The notes beneath the pieces were generated by a model that had not been told where the DNA came from, made no database searches, and was given only the letters and a program-made list of their open reading frames with translations. 64,000 nucleotides of DNA, taken from an uncultured Alphaproteobacteria bacterium (GTDB lineage: Bacteria > Pseudomonadota > Alphaproteobacteria > RF32 > CAG-239). This document shows, piece by piece, positions 47,517 to 56,293 of this stretch. Position 1 is the stretch's first letter. The number at the start of each line of letters is the position of its first letter. A program made the translations under genes and the position numbers. The DNA lies in assembly GCA_934277545.1 (NCBI GenBank), contig CAKQUG010000006.1, forward strand, positions 5,473-69,472. Reading direction: 5' to 3'.

Positions 47517-47837
47517 ATGGCAAAAAATTGCTTTATCAATTTCATGGAAGGTGTTAACAAGTTCTCTTCTGAGGAACGTTCTGAGATTTCAAAGTCTTTC
47601 CGCAAGGACTTGAAGGCTTACAAAATCAGCGGCGCAATTATGAAAATCGTAGAAAGCGCCAGTGACAAAGTTCCTGTATACATCAATGTGATGTGCCAGC
47701 AGGCTCGTAAAAAGAACTTCATCACTGAATTTGAAGAAGAGTGTTCTCGACTCCGCCGCCTGTACGTTCGCGACCGCGCCGAAGTAGCTGAGAAGATTCA
47801 CGCACTTCAGGAAATTGTAACGGACAGCCTTAAGTAA
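47517..47837 (+). CDS. small hypothetical protein
   Basis: 106-aa charged helical-looking ORF followed by a hairpin plus T-run (about 47859-47900). No family recognised. Confidence 0.4.
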   Translation: MAKNCFINFMEGVNKFSSEERSEISKSFRKDLKAYKISGAIMKIVESASDKVPVYINVMCQQARKKNFITEFEEECSRLRRLYVRDRAEVAEKIHALQEIVTDSLK

Positions 47838-47978
47838 GACCTGTCCAAACCGAATTAAAGAGCACTGTTTTAGCAATAAAACTGTTGCTCTTTTTTTTAT
47901 TAGAAACAAAATATTTAAAATTAAAAAAGACCCTCGCTTGAGAGTCTTTTTAATTGCACTTTAAACAATGATTAAACA

Positions 47979-48104
47979 TTAACCTTGACGAGCTTTCAGC
48001 TTCGGGTTCTTTTTGTTAATCACATAAACGCGACCTTTACGGCGAACAACTTTACAATCCTTATCGCGTTCTTTTTTAGATTTTAACGAACTGAAACATT
48101 TCAT
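47979..48104 (-). CDS. rpmJ: 50S ribosomal protein L36
   Basis: 41-aa ORF below the track cut-off: [41 protein letters not shown]. Confidence 0.9.
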   Translation of the reverse strand: MKCFSSLKSKKERDKDCKVVRRKGRVYVINKKNPKLKARQG

Positions 48105-48259
48105 TTTTATTATCCTTTACAAAACATTTTGAGCGCAAAATAAGCTATTTATCCGCAAATGTCAAGCATTCTTTTTATATATTTCCACAAAATTAAGATA
48201 TATTTTATTTTTTATCTTGTATTATATCACAAAAGCACAAAACCTTTAGGACATCTGAA

Positions 48260-48814
48260 ATGAAAAAATTTTTGCTACTTACTTTTATATTTTGCAGCGC
48301 CGTAACCGCTGTTCAGGCTGAAAACTCTCTTTCTTATTTGGATGAAATGCAGCAGCTGGGCGATGTTGCCGGACAAGGGCTGGCCTGCCGCGCTCGCAAA
48401 TATCAAAAATATGAGCTTTTGGCCAGAGCTTTGCTGGTTACCAAATCGCCGAATGACAAAATGCAGCAACAAGCCATGCGCACTTATAACGAAGCCAAAA
48501 TTGACGCCATGAGCACTATTTTTGACAATGATTATGCCGGCTGCGACCAAATTGTCTATAACTTTAACCGTCAAAAGATTTTTCAATCCACGCTTTATGC
48601 CGACGGCAAAATCAAACTCTATGACGGCACCATGTTGAAACCGCGCAAACTCTATGACGCTGCCAGTTTATATAAAAACGACCCTAAAGTTTATGACAAA
48701 GCGCTGGCCAGCTACAAAAAAGCACTTGCAAAAGCGCAAAAAAACAGGCAGAATACCCCGAAAATGGAACTGCGCGACGCAAATTACAGCCGTTACGCCA
48801 ATCAATTTAACTAA
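48260..48814 (+). CDS. secreted hypothetical protein
   Basis: Signal peptide MKKFLLLTFIFCSAVTAVQA. No family recognised. Confidence 0.45.
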   Translation: MKKFLLLTFIFCSAVTAVQAENSLSYLDEMQQLGDVAGQGLACRARKYQKYELLARALLVTKSPNDKMQQQAMRTYNEAKIDAMSTIFDNDYAGCDQIVYNFNRQKIFQSTLYADGKIKLYDGTMLKPRKLYDAASLYKNDPKVYDKALASYKKALAKAQKNRQNTPKMELRDANYSRYANQFN

Positions 48815-48828
48815 AATAGGAGATAATA

Positions 48829-50508
48829 ATGGCATCGTACCAATACATTTTTGTAATGCAAAACCTGACAAAAGTCTTGCCGGGAGGGAGAGAATTGTTC
48901 AAAAACATCACACTCTCTTTTTTCCCCGGAGCCAAAATCGGGGTATTGGGTGTTAACGGGGCCGGAAAATCGACTCTTTTAAAAATTATGGCCGGTATTG
49001 ATAAGGAATTTAGTGGCGAAGCCTGGGCTGCCGACGGTGTAAAAATCGGTTATTTGGAACAAGAGCCGCAATTAGATTCAAGTAAAAACGTTATGCAAAA
49101 CGTTATGGACGGCTTGGGCGAAACTCAGCGGCTTTTGCAGCGTTTTGAAGAAGTTTCGGCCAAATTTGCCGAACCGATGACCGATGACGAAATGAACGCG
49201 CTGATTGAGGAACAAGCCGAGCTGCAAGAAAAAATCGATGCCTGCAACGGTTGGGATATTGAACGAACCGTGCAAATTGCCATGGATGCTTTGCGCTGTC
49301 CGCCGGCCGAAGCCGATGTAACCAAACTTTCAGGCGGAGAAAAACGCCGTGTCGCCCTTTGCCGGCTGCTTTTGCAAAAGCCTGATTTATTGCTTTTAGA
49401 CGAACCTACCAACCATCTGGACGCCGAATCTGTGGCTTGGCTGGAACACCACCTCAAAGACTATAACGGCACAGTGGTAATGGTAACCCACGACCGTTAC
49501 TTCTTAGACAATGTAACCGGCTGGATTTTGGAACTTGACCGCGGTCAGGGTATTCCGTATGAAGGCAACTACACTTCTTGGCTGGAGCAAAAAGAAAAAC
49601 GTCTTGCGCAGGAAGCCCGTGAAGAAAACGCCCGTCAGCGCACCTTGGCGCTGGAGCTGGAGTGGATTCACAAAAATCCGAAAGCCCGTCAGGCTAAATC
49701 AAAAGCCCGCATTAACGCCTATGATGAATTGCTGTCGCAAGCCGGACGCGAAAAACTCAGCACCGCTCATATCAATATTCCGATGACCGAACGCTTGGGC
49801 GATTTGGTAATTGAAGCCAACCACATCAGTAAAGCCTTTGGAGATAAAGTTCTGATAGATGATTTGTCTTTCAAAATTCCGAAGGGCGCGATTGTCGGCA
49901 TTATCGGACCAAACGGCGCCGGCAAAACCACCTTATTTAAAATGATTACCGGACAGGAAAAGCCGGATTCTGGCGAAATCCGTATCGGCGATTCGGTGGA
50001 TTTGGGTTATGTTGACCAATCCCGCGACGAGCTGAATCCTGATAAAAACGTTTGGGAAGAAGTTTCCGACGGTTTGGATATGATTCAGCTGGGCAAAAAT
50101 GAAGTGTCTTCCCGCGCCTATGTCGGACAGTTTAACTTTAAGGGCTCAGACCAACAAAAGAAAGTCGGTCAGCTTTCAGGTGGCGAGCGCAACCGCGTGC
50201 ATTTGGCGAAAATGTTGCGTAAAGGCGCAAACGTCATTCTGTTAGATGAACCTACCAACGACTTGGATGTAGACACTCTGCGCTCGTTGGAAGAAGGTAT
50301 CAACAACTATCCGGGCTGTGTGCTGGTAACCTCGCACGACCGTTGGTTCTTAGATCGCTTGGCAACTCACATTTTAGCCTATGAAGACAACGGACACGTC
50401 GAATGGTTTGAAGGCAATTTTGAAGACTATGAGAAAGATAAAAAAGCCCGATTGGGCGAAGATGCCTGCAATCCGCACCGCATCCGCTATAAAAAACTGG
50501 AACGCTAA
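48829..50508 (+). CDS. ettA: energy-dependent translational throttle protein EttA (ABC-F)
   Basis: Two ABC cassettes ([17 protein letters not shown]; [17 protein letters not shown]), an N-terminus [13 protein letters not shown], and about 555 aa. Confidence 0.9.
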   Translation: MASYQYIFVMQNLTKVLPGGRELFKNITLSFFPGAKIGVLGVNGAGKSTLLKIMAGIDKEFSGEAWAADGVKIGYLEQEPQLDSSKNVMQNVMDGLGETQRLLQRFEEVSAKFAEPMTDDEMNALIEEQAELQEKIDACNGWDIERTVQIAMDALRCPPAEADVTKLSGGEKRRVALCRLLLQKPDLLLLDEPTNHLDAESVAWLEHHLKDYNGTVVMVTHDRYFLDNVTGWILELDRGQGIPYEGNYTSWLEQKEKRLAQEAREENARQRTLALELEWIHKNPKARQAKSKARINAYDELLSQAGREKLSTAHINIPMTERLGDLVIEANHISKAFGDKVLIDDLSFKIPKGAIVGIIGPNGAGKTTLFKMITGQEKPDSGEIRIGDSVDLGYVDQSRDELNPDKNVWEEVSDGLDMIQLGKNEVSSRAYVGQFNFKGSDQQKKVGQLSGGERNRVHLAKMLRKGANVILLDEPTNDLDVDTLRSLEEGINNYPGCVLVTSHDRWFLDRLATHILAYEDNGHVEWFEGNFEDYEKDKKARLGEDACNPHRIRYKKLER

Positions 50509-50513
50509 ATTTT

Positions 50514-50546
50514 AAAGCCTGATATACTTAAACATCAGGCTTTTAT
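50514..50546. terminator. hairpin terminator between convergent ettA and pilin-like copy B
   Basis: AAAGCCTGAT / ATCAGGCTTT 10-bp stem followed by TTTTAT. Confidence 0.65.
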
Positions 50547-50547
50547 G

Positions 50548-51435
50548 TTAATCAGGATTGAGCAAAATTCGGAAATATCCTCGTCCGTTTTCTTTAATTG
50601 CAATATTGCAGCGTTCATTTATTTGCGCAGGAGAAGTCTGTCCGATTGTGCTTTTATTGAAAATCAACACACCGCTAGTTCCGCTCCAGCTATCGGAATC
50701 TATGCGGCTAAAGTCAACCTGTTCAACTTCATTGGGTATGGTTTGTACGATTTGTATAATATTTTTACAATATTCTTTCATGGATATAGAAAGTTTGCCG
50801 GTTCCTTCTATGGCGCTGATACGAATTGCATATTTAAATACTTGTTTGGTAGAACCGTCTTTTTGCATGTCATTTTCAATGCCATAGGTTATGCTTATAC
50901 TGTTATTATCTAAGTCATATATTATGCGGTTTTTATAAATAAAACCATTTGGTATGGCTCCCATAGCATTAAAAATATCAGTTACAGTTATTGAGCGATT
51001 TCCTCTTATGGAAGACAAATTTGGTTTTAGAGTAATAGCATTGTTTATTAACTCAACAAGCAAATCTTTCTGCTTGTCTGAATGCCACATCAGCATAGCT
51101 TTGGAATATCCGGCGATACCACCTACGCTCAGCACGGCAATAATCGCGAGCACGCCGAGCATTTCAATCATAGACCGACCAACCTCGCCACATGCGGGAG
51201 AGGTCGGCGTGATAACGCCGTGTGAGGGATACTTAAAAGACTTGCAAAAGACACCAAACCAGCGTTTCCAGTACCTACCTAAAACGTCATTCTTCAGCGG
51301 CACACACCACAGGCTGTGCCATGCTGGATAATCCATGACTTTGTTGCTGAAAGCAACGCTACTTTTTTCTCCCGCACGGGGCGAGGTTTTAAATCCCCTA
51401 CTCTTCTTCAATAAAAATTCTATACCTTTCAACAC
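50548..51435 (-). CDS. type IV pilin-like protein, copy B, with a ~95-aa leader
   Basis: GTG at 51435 preceded by AAGGAG at 7-nt spacing. ...GEVG|RSMIEMLGVLAIIAVLSVGGIAGYSKAM. Confidence 0.6.
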   Translation of the reverse strand: MLKGIEFLLKKSRGFKTSPRAGEKSSVAFSNKVMDYPAWHSLWCVPLKNDVLGRYWKRWFGVFCKSFKYPSHGVITPTSPACGEVGRSMIEMLGVLAIIAVLSVGGIAGYSKAMLMWHSDKQKDLLVELINNAITLKPNLSSIRGNRSITVTDIFNAMGAIPNGFIYKNRIIYDLDNNSISITYGIENDMQKDGSTKQVFKYAIRISAIEGTGKLSISMKEYCKNIIQIVQTIPNEVEQVDFSRIDSDSWSGTSGVLIFNKSTIGQTSPAQINERCNIAIKENGRGYFRILLNPD

Positions 51436-51450
51436 GTTGTTTCTCCTTGA

Positions 51451-51628
51451 GTGTGTAAAAATAACGACCGTTATTTTTACACACTTCGAACAACCGTCTG
51501 AAAATACTTAAAAAACAAGCAAAAAATATCGTAATTATAAAAAGTTATTGCAAAAACCGCCAACCTCTGATAAATTGCAAAAAAAGCTATTTTAAAGTCC
51601 GATTTAAACGGTCGTTATTTTTACACAC
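51451..51628. repeat. conserved 178-bp module bounded by perfect 22-bp inverted repeats, copy B
   Basis: GTGTGTAAAAATAACGACCGTT (51451-51472) is the exact reverse complement of AACGGTCGTTATTTTTACACAC (51607-51628). The left end is itself a 34-bp near-palindrome. Confidence 0.8.
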
Positions 51629-51669
51629 TTTTGACAAAACACTCTTATATGACATTTACAATTTAACAT

Positions 51670-51698
51670 TTGACATATTTAGTTTGAGCACCTAAAAT
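51670..51698 (+). promoter_or_regulatory. near-consensus sigma70 promoter (TTGACA-17-TAAAAT) upstream of pilin-like copy C
   Basis: Hexamers at 51670-51675 and 51693-51698, about 35 nt upstream of the RBS GAGGA (51721-51725) and the ATG at 51733. Confidence 0.5.
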
Positions 51699-51755
51699 AA
51701 AAATATAACTAACCAAAAATGAGGAAAGAAAGATGAAAAATAAGCAAACAAAAGG

Positions 51756-51770
51756 TCTCTCTCTCTCTCT
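51756..51770 (+). repeat. (CT)7 dinucleotide tract
   Basis: TCTCTCTCTCTCTCT read directly. It lies between the ATG at 51733 and the open frame leading into copy C. Confidence 0.95.
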
Positions 51771-51908
51771 GCAAATCCTAGACATCTAATTAAAGGTACT
51801 TTTTTCGCCGCTACACAGGTATTTACAGAGTTTTTCGATAAAATCAGAAATTTTCCAACCTCGCCAATTGAGGGAGTACTAAGAAGCGTTGCTTACAGTA
51901 ACAAGGTT

Positions 51909-52808
51909 ATGGATACTCGTCGGCCACAACCAGCGGGGTGTGGCGACAAGTATGACGTTGATTGTTGGTGCTTTAAACGCTTGTTTAATATATGTAGCAA
52001 GTTCTTTAAATACCCCTCACCCGACACTAACGTGTCGACCTCTCCCGCAAGGGGCGAGGTAAAAACAAACATCCTACACAATGGTTTGGATGTCGTGCGT
52101 CAATACGCCGCACTTTTGGAACGTGGTGTACAATGTAGTACACGAGTGAGAAAAGCGCTAGTAGAGACCAGACAGGCAAACCCGCTAGGGCAGAGTATGA
52201 TTGAAATGCTCGGAGTGCTCGCAATCATTGCGGTGTTATCAGTTGGTGGGATTGCCGGATACTCAAAAGCTATGAGTATTTGGCGGATAAACAAAGCCAC
52301 GGAAGAATATACCAACATAATTTACAATTTGCTATCAAATCTTGATGAAGCCAGAAATCAAAAATATGAAGACCCAGCTGCAGGAATAAATTTATTTGAA
52401 TATGTAAAAGCAACAGATATTGTACCTAAAAATTGGAAAAACAATTCGAATAACCAGTTTATAGACCAATATGGAAATGTTTTTGCATTTGTTCATCGAT
52501 ACAACATCGTTGTTATTGATATGTATATCGGTGGTTCAAAGCCTCTAAACAGTGGAAATGCCGGCTTAGATAGTTTCTACCCTCAATATTGTACAACAAT
52601 GTTAAGGAATGTAGCAAAACCTCTTTCTTCTATTCTTAACAATGTTTGGTTTATAATAAATGGGCGTAATGCAGGTATATATTATGGTGATAATTACTGT
52701 GTCAAAGGAAAAAATTGTATAAGAAATATGAATATGAGCACAATAAAAGATATTTGCTTACAATGTACTAATAACAATAGTTTTTGTGGTATAATTTGGG
52801 AATTTTAA
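51909..52808 (+). CDS. type IV pilin-like protein, copy C (frame is open upstream to 51744)
   Basis: ...NPLGQ|SMIEMLGVLAIIAVLSVGGIAGYSKAM. The ATG at 51909 has no RBS and lies inside the conserved SVAYSNKVMD leader motif. Confidence 0.6.
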   Translation: MDTRRPQPAGCGDKYDVDCWCFKRLFNICSKFFKYPSPDTNVSTSPARGEVKTNILHNGLDVVRQYAALLERGVQCSTRVRKALVETRQANPLGQSMIEMLGVLAIIAVLSVGGIAGYSKAMSIWRINKATEEYTNIIYNLLSNLDEARNQKYEDPAAGINLFEYVKATDIVPKNWKNNSNNQFIDQYGNVFAFVHRYNIVVIDMYIGGSKPLNSGNAGLDSFYPQYCTTMLRNVAKPLSSILNNVWFIINGRNAGIYYGDNYCVKGKNCIRNMNMSTIKDICLQCTNNNSFCGIIWEF

Positions 52809-52898
52809 AATATACAACAAACATCTTTTAACATACGCCCCAAAAAATGCAGACCGCCTGTCGCGAATGTGTTAACTCATCAGACGGGCAATGTGGCT

Positions 52899-53180
52899 TC
52901 ATTTTTTCTTTTGAACAGTTTTTGAATGTTCGACCATCTTAGGTAAAATTTTATGTTCTATTATTTGAACCTTTTCTGTACGTTCTATTTTAACAATTTC
53001 CGTATGATAATGGTCGATAATGTGCATAATTTTATGCCATAACCCGGCTTCATACGCCGCAATCGCTCCCCACACCGCCATAAGAAACATCAGCACGGTA
53101 GAAATGCTTTCGGCTATATCCAGTTTTTCTTTCAAACTATATTTAGGTTTTGAGTTTTCCATAAAAAAACATGTAATCAC
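52899..53180 (-). CDS. small hypothetical membrane protein
   Basis: 93-aa ORF with one TM (VLMFLMAVWGAIAAY). No family recognised. Confidence 0.35.
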   Translation of the reverse strand: MITCFFMENSKPKYSLKEKLDIAESISTVLMFLMAVWGAIAAYEAGLWHKIMHIIDHYHTEIVKIERTEKVQIIEHKILPKMVEHSKTVQKKK

Positions 53181-53202
53181 TCAATACCTGAATATAAATA
53201 TA

Positions 53203-53808
53203 TTATTTCGGATAGCCTACCGGCTGATGAGCGATTGTAAATTCATCTTCGCTCAAATTCAAAGCCTTTGCCACTGCTTCATCATTTGGTAAACCGCGAA
53301 TTACCGTGCCAAGACCTTTGGAGGCCGCATATAAATAAACATTTTGATAAGCGGAACCGGCATAAGCAAAGCCCCACATTTTATCCGAACTGGTATAAAT
53401 TAAATGAACGGGTGCCTGCAAAATATAATCCTGCTTTTCTGCCAAATACGGCAATAAATTTTTATCCGAAACTTTTTCCAATTGATTTTCTTTTGCCTCA
53501 TATAACCAAGCACCCTCGCCGTTCAACATAAAAACTTTCAAATTTTGATTATTAAAAGCAGTCGGAATAGTTATTTTATCATATTGGTTAACCCCTGCGG
53601 CGCTCCACAAAATCTCGCTTAAGGTAGTATCGTCAATCCGTTTATCCGTATCATAGTTTCTGCCGGAATGACGAATATTCAAAAGCTGCATTAACGGCGC
53701 CGACTGCGCTTCCAAATCAGGTTCGGGAAGTTTTTTTATCTCCGCGGCGTTTGCAGCGACAGACACAAGTATGAATGCGGCTAAACTGATTGTAAAAAAT
53801 TTGTTCAT
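53203..53808 (-). CDS. nitroreductase family protein with signal peptide
   Basis: Start taken at MNKFFTISLAAFILVSVAANA (53808), just after the HAD stop. RHSGRNY...LSEILWSAAGVN... is nitroreductase-like. Confidence 0.65.
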   Translation of the reverse strand: MNKFFTISLAAFILVSVAANAAEIKKLPEPDLEAQSAPLMQLLNIRHSGRNYDTDKRIDDTTLSEILWSAAGVNQYDKITIPTAFNNQNLKVFMLNGEGAWLYEAKENQLEKVSDKNLLPYLAEKQDYILQAPVHLIYTSSDKMWGFAYAGSAYQNVYLYAASKGLGTVIRGLPNDEAVAKALNLSEDEFTIAHQPVGYPK

Positions 53809-53818
53809 TTTGTTATCC

Positions 53819-54502
53819 TTAATTCTTACTAAAATGTTTTTTGACAGTTTTATAAACGTCCTGCATATTATCGCAGATTTCAAAGGCGCCGGCCTCCGTA
53901 CAAGCAGCAGCATATTCCGGCGTGTTATGCCCTGTAGCTCCGATATAAGCGATAACCGGTATTCCGGCGGCAACCGCAGCTTTTATGCCGGCAACGGAAT
54001 CTTCCACCACCAAACAATTTTGCGGTTCAAAGCCCATTTTTTCCGCCGCATACAAAAAAATATCCGGCGCCGGTTTTCCGTTTGCCACCATATAAGCGGT
54101 AAAAGTGTTATGCCCGTCAAAATATTTACCCAAACCGAGTTTTTTAACTTTTTTATTATGCTTTTCGATTGTAGCGCCGGTTGCAACACACTGAGCAAAA
54201 TTTTTATCATCTAAAATTTTTTCTATATCCGTTGTCAGCACTAATTCAGAGGCAATCAGCCTGTCTTCGTTTTGATGAATTTCTTCCCAAAATTTTTCAT
54301 CAAGTTTTATATTCGGAAAATCTACAGAAAACAAATCCACCTTGGTTTTATCGGCCTTCCCTTCTAAATATTGTTTTTGCTGAGCCGGCGAAAGTTTTAA
54401 ACCATATAGTTTTTGCAGCGTGTCGGTCCAATTTTGCACCCACAAATGCTCGCTGTCCGCCAAAACTCCGTCAAAATCCCAAATCAGCAAATTTTTATGC
54501 AT
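53819..54502 (-). CDS. HAD family hydrolase (beta-phosphoglucomutase-like subfamily IA)
   Basis: LIWDFDGVLADSE (DxDG motif), GKPAPDIF and VEDSVAGIKAAVAAG. Confidence 0.8.
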   Translation of the reverse strand: MHKNLLIWDFDGVLADSEHLWVQNWTDTLQKLYGLKLSPAQQKQYLEGKADKTKVDLFSVDFPNIKLDEKFWEEIHQNEDRLIASELVLTTDIEKILDDKNFAQCVATGATIEKHNKKVKKLGLGKYFDGHNTFTAYMVANGKPAPDIFLYAAEKMGFEPQNCLVVEDSVAGIKAAVAAGIPVIAYIGATGHNTPEYAAACTEAGAFEICDNMQDVYKTVKKHFSKN

Positions 54503-56128
54503 TTAATTCTCCTTATGTCGATATTCATCTTTTAAAATCCACAAAGACGGAAGCTCCGTTTGCTTGTAATATTTTTTAACCAAATCCATATTCCATATAT
54601 AGGCTTTAGGCTGCGGAATATTAATCAGCAATTCGGTTAAAGGATAATCTTTTATATTCATTTTCTGATATAAATACGTCATATCCGCATTGTATTCAAA
54701 CAGTTTTTTCTCTCGGCGCTCGCTGAACGGAGTGTTCATATAATCCGTCGTAAAAATAATTGTCGGCCTTTTTTTGATAATCACTTCATCCAAATTTGTT
54801 TTTTTACCAGCAAAATTTGTTTCATACACATAACCGGTGTCGTTTAATAAAAACCAAACATAACCACTGTCGGGACGGAACAAATTAGGGCTGTAATTAT
54901 GCGCATTCATAACCATTTCATCGGCCGAAGTGTTTTCGATAATAAATTTAGTATTCAACAAAGCATTCTTTATTTGGTCGCGGTATATCTCGCTGCTGAA
55001 ATTAGCGTAGTTTGCCGAACCTAAAATACAGATAGAGCAAAATAAAAACAAATCAAATAATTTTTGCTTAAATTTTGACATATTTCCAAACAAAACATCT
55101 GCAATGATTATTGAAGCAAACGCCAGCAATAAAGAAAAATAATGCGGATACGGCGAAAAAGTCAAAAGCCTTGCCCCGAGTTCTCCGAAAAACAAAACAA
55201 CCAAACAAAGACTGGCAGGTTTCTTTATTTGCAAAAACTTAGCATAAAGCAAAACCGCCGCCGTGCTAAGAACGGTCGTAATCGGCGTAAACCGAACAGC
55301 ACCCCAACCGTTGACAAAAGGCAAATACAGCTGAAAATTCCCCAAATTAACCTGTACTCTGTGCAAACCGTAATATTGCACCAGCGCACTGTTCAACGTA
55401 TAATTTAATTCAATATATTTGAAAAACATTCCGTGATAGCACAACCAAGCGACAAAACTCAATGTGATAACAGCTGGCAATATCAGCGCCTTGCCGAAAT
55501 CTGCAGGTTTAATTTGCTTTTGCCCTAACAAAATAAAAGTATATATTGCCAACACCAACAGTAACAATATAATCTTTTGCAAAAAGAAAAATGAAAGTGT
55601 AAAAAGCACAAATGAAATGATTAAATCTTTGCCGCGTTTTTCCTCCAAATAAGACAAATAATAATATAAAGCACTCCAAAAACATAAATTCATAAACGTA
55701 TCCGGCCGAAATTCCGTGATATAGCGGCTGTCATCATAGCCGCCGCAAAACAATAAAAACGCAGCCAACCAAACTTGCCAACCACCCAGCCATTTTGCAA
55801 TAATTTTATAAATATAAAACCAACAGGTAAACGAAACCGCCACCGCAACAATTCGGGAAACATAGGCAATATTTAAATTATCATACATCAGTCCGGCAAC
55901 CGGAGCAAACAAATACCACAACAGCGGATTATGATGTTCAAAAAAATCAATATACGGCGTTTTGCCGCTCCATACCAGCCAGGAAACATGCAAATGTTCA
56001 AATTCATCGGACGGATAACCCATATAGAACATATCAAAAACAATTTTGACCAACAACAAGGCTATTGTCAAAAGAACCAAACATCCTGTTATGCTAATGT
56101 TACTTAAATTTATCTTATACTTCATCAT
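54503..56128 (-). CDS. polytopic GT-C fold glycosyltransferase (family 39/83, ArnT/PMT-like)
   Basis: About 11-13 TM helices. The first-loop motif YPSDEFEHLHVSWLVWSGKTPYIDFFEHHNPLLWY resembles the DE...PY.D..PPL signature of the ArnT/PMT families. C-terminal soluble domain. Confidence 0.5.
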   Translation of the reverse strand: MMKYKINLSNISITGCLVLLTIALLLVKIVFDMFYMGYPSDEFEHLHVSWLVWSGKTPYIDFFEHHNPLLWYLFAPVAGLMYDNLNIAYVSRIVAVAVSFTCWFYIYKIIAKWLGGWQVWLAAFLLFCGGYDDSRYITEFRPDTFMNLCFWSALYYYLSYLEEKRGKDLIISFVLFTLSFFFLQKIILLLLVLAIYTFILLGQKQIKPADFGKALILPAVITLSFVAWLCYHGMFFKYIELNYTLNSALVQYYGLHRVQVNLGNFQLYLPFVNGWGAVRFTPITTVLSTAAVLLYAKFLQIKKPASLCLVVLFFGELGARLLTFSPYPHYFSLLLAFASIIIADVLFGNMSKFKQKLFDLFLFCSICILGSANYANFSSEIYRDQIKNALLNTKFIIENTSADEMVMNAHNYSPNLFRPDSGYVWFLLNDTGYVYETNFAGKKTNLDEVIIKKRPTIIFTTDYMNTPFSERREKKLFEYNADMTYLYQKMNIKDYPLTELLINIPQPKAYIWNMDLVKKYYKQTELPSLWILKDEYRHKEN

Positions 56129-56293
56129 ATTTATATTATAAAATAGCCAACAAAACTAAGTCAATTTATTTCTAAATCTGTCCACGCCAAAATATACCTA
56201 TCATTTTATACCCAAATACAAAAAAAATACTTACATAAAAATTTTTCCAAGAATATACTGTCAGAGTGTTATGTGTTATAAAATAGGGAAAAA

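Noticed and set aside
50954-51331. Antisense ORFs in the pilin-like leaders (50954-51331 +, 51893-52081 -) that contain SPxAGEV-like peptides
   Set aside because: The shared peptide arises because the palindromic leader repeats translate similarly on both strands. Neither ORF has a start context, and both stop before the distal repeat.
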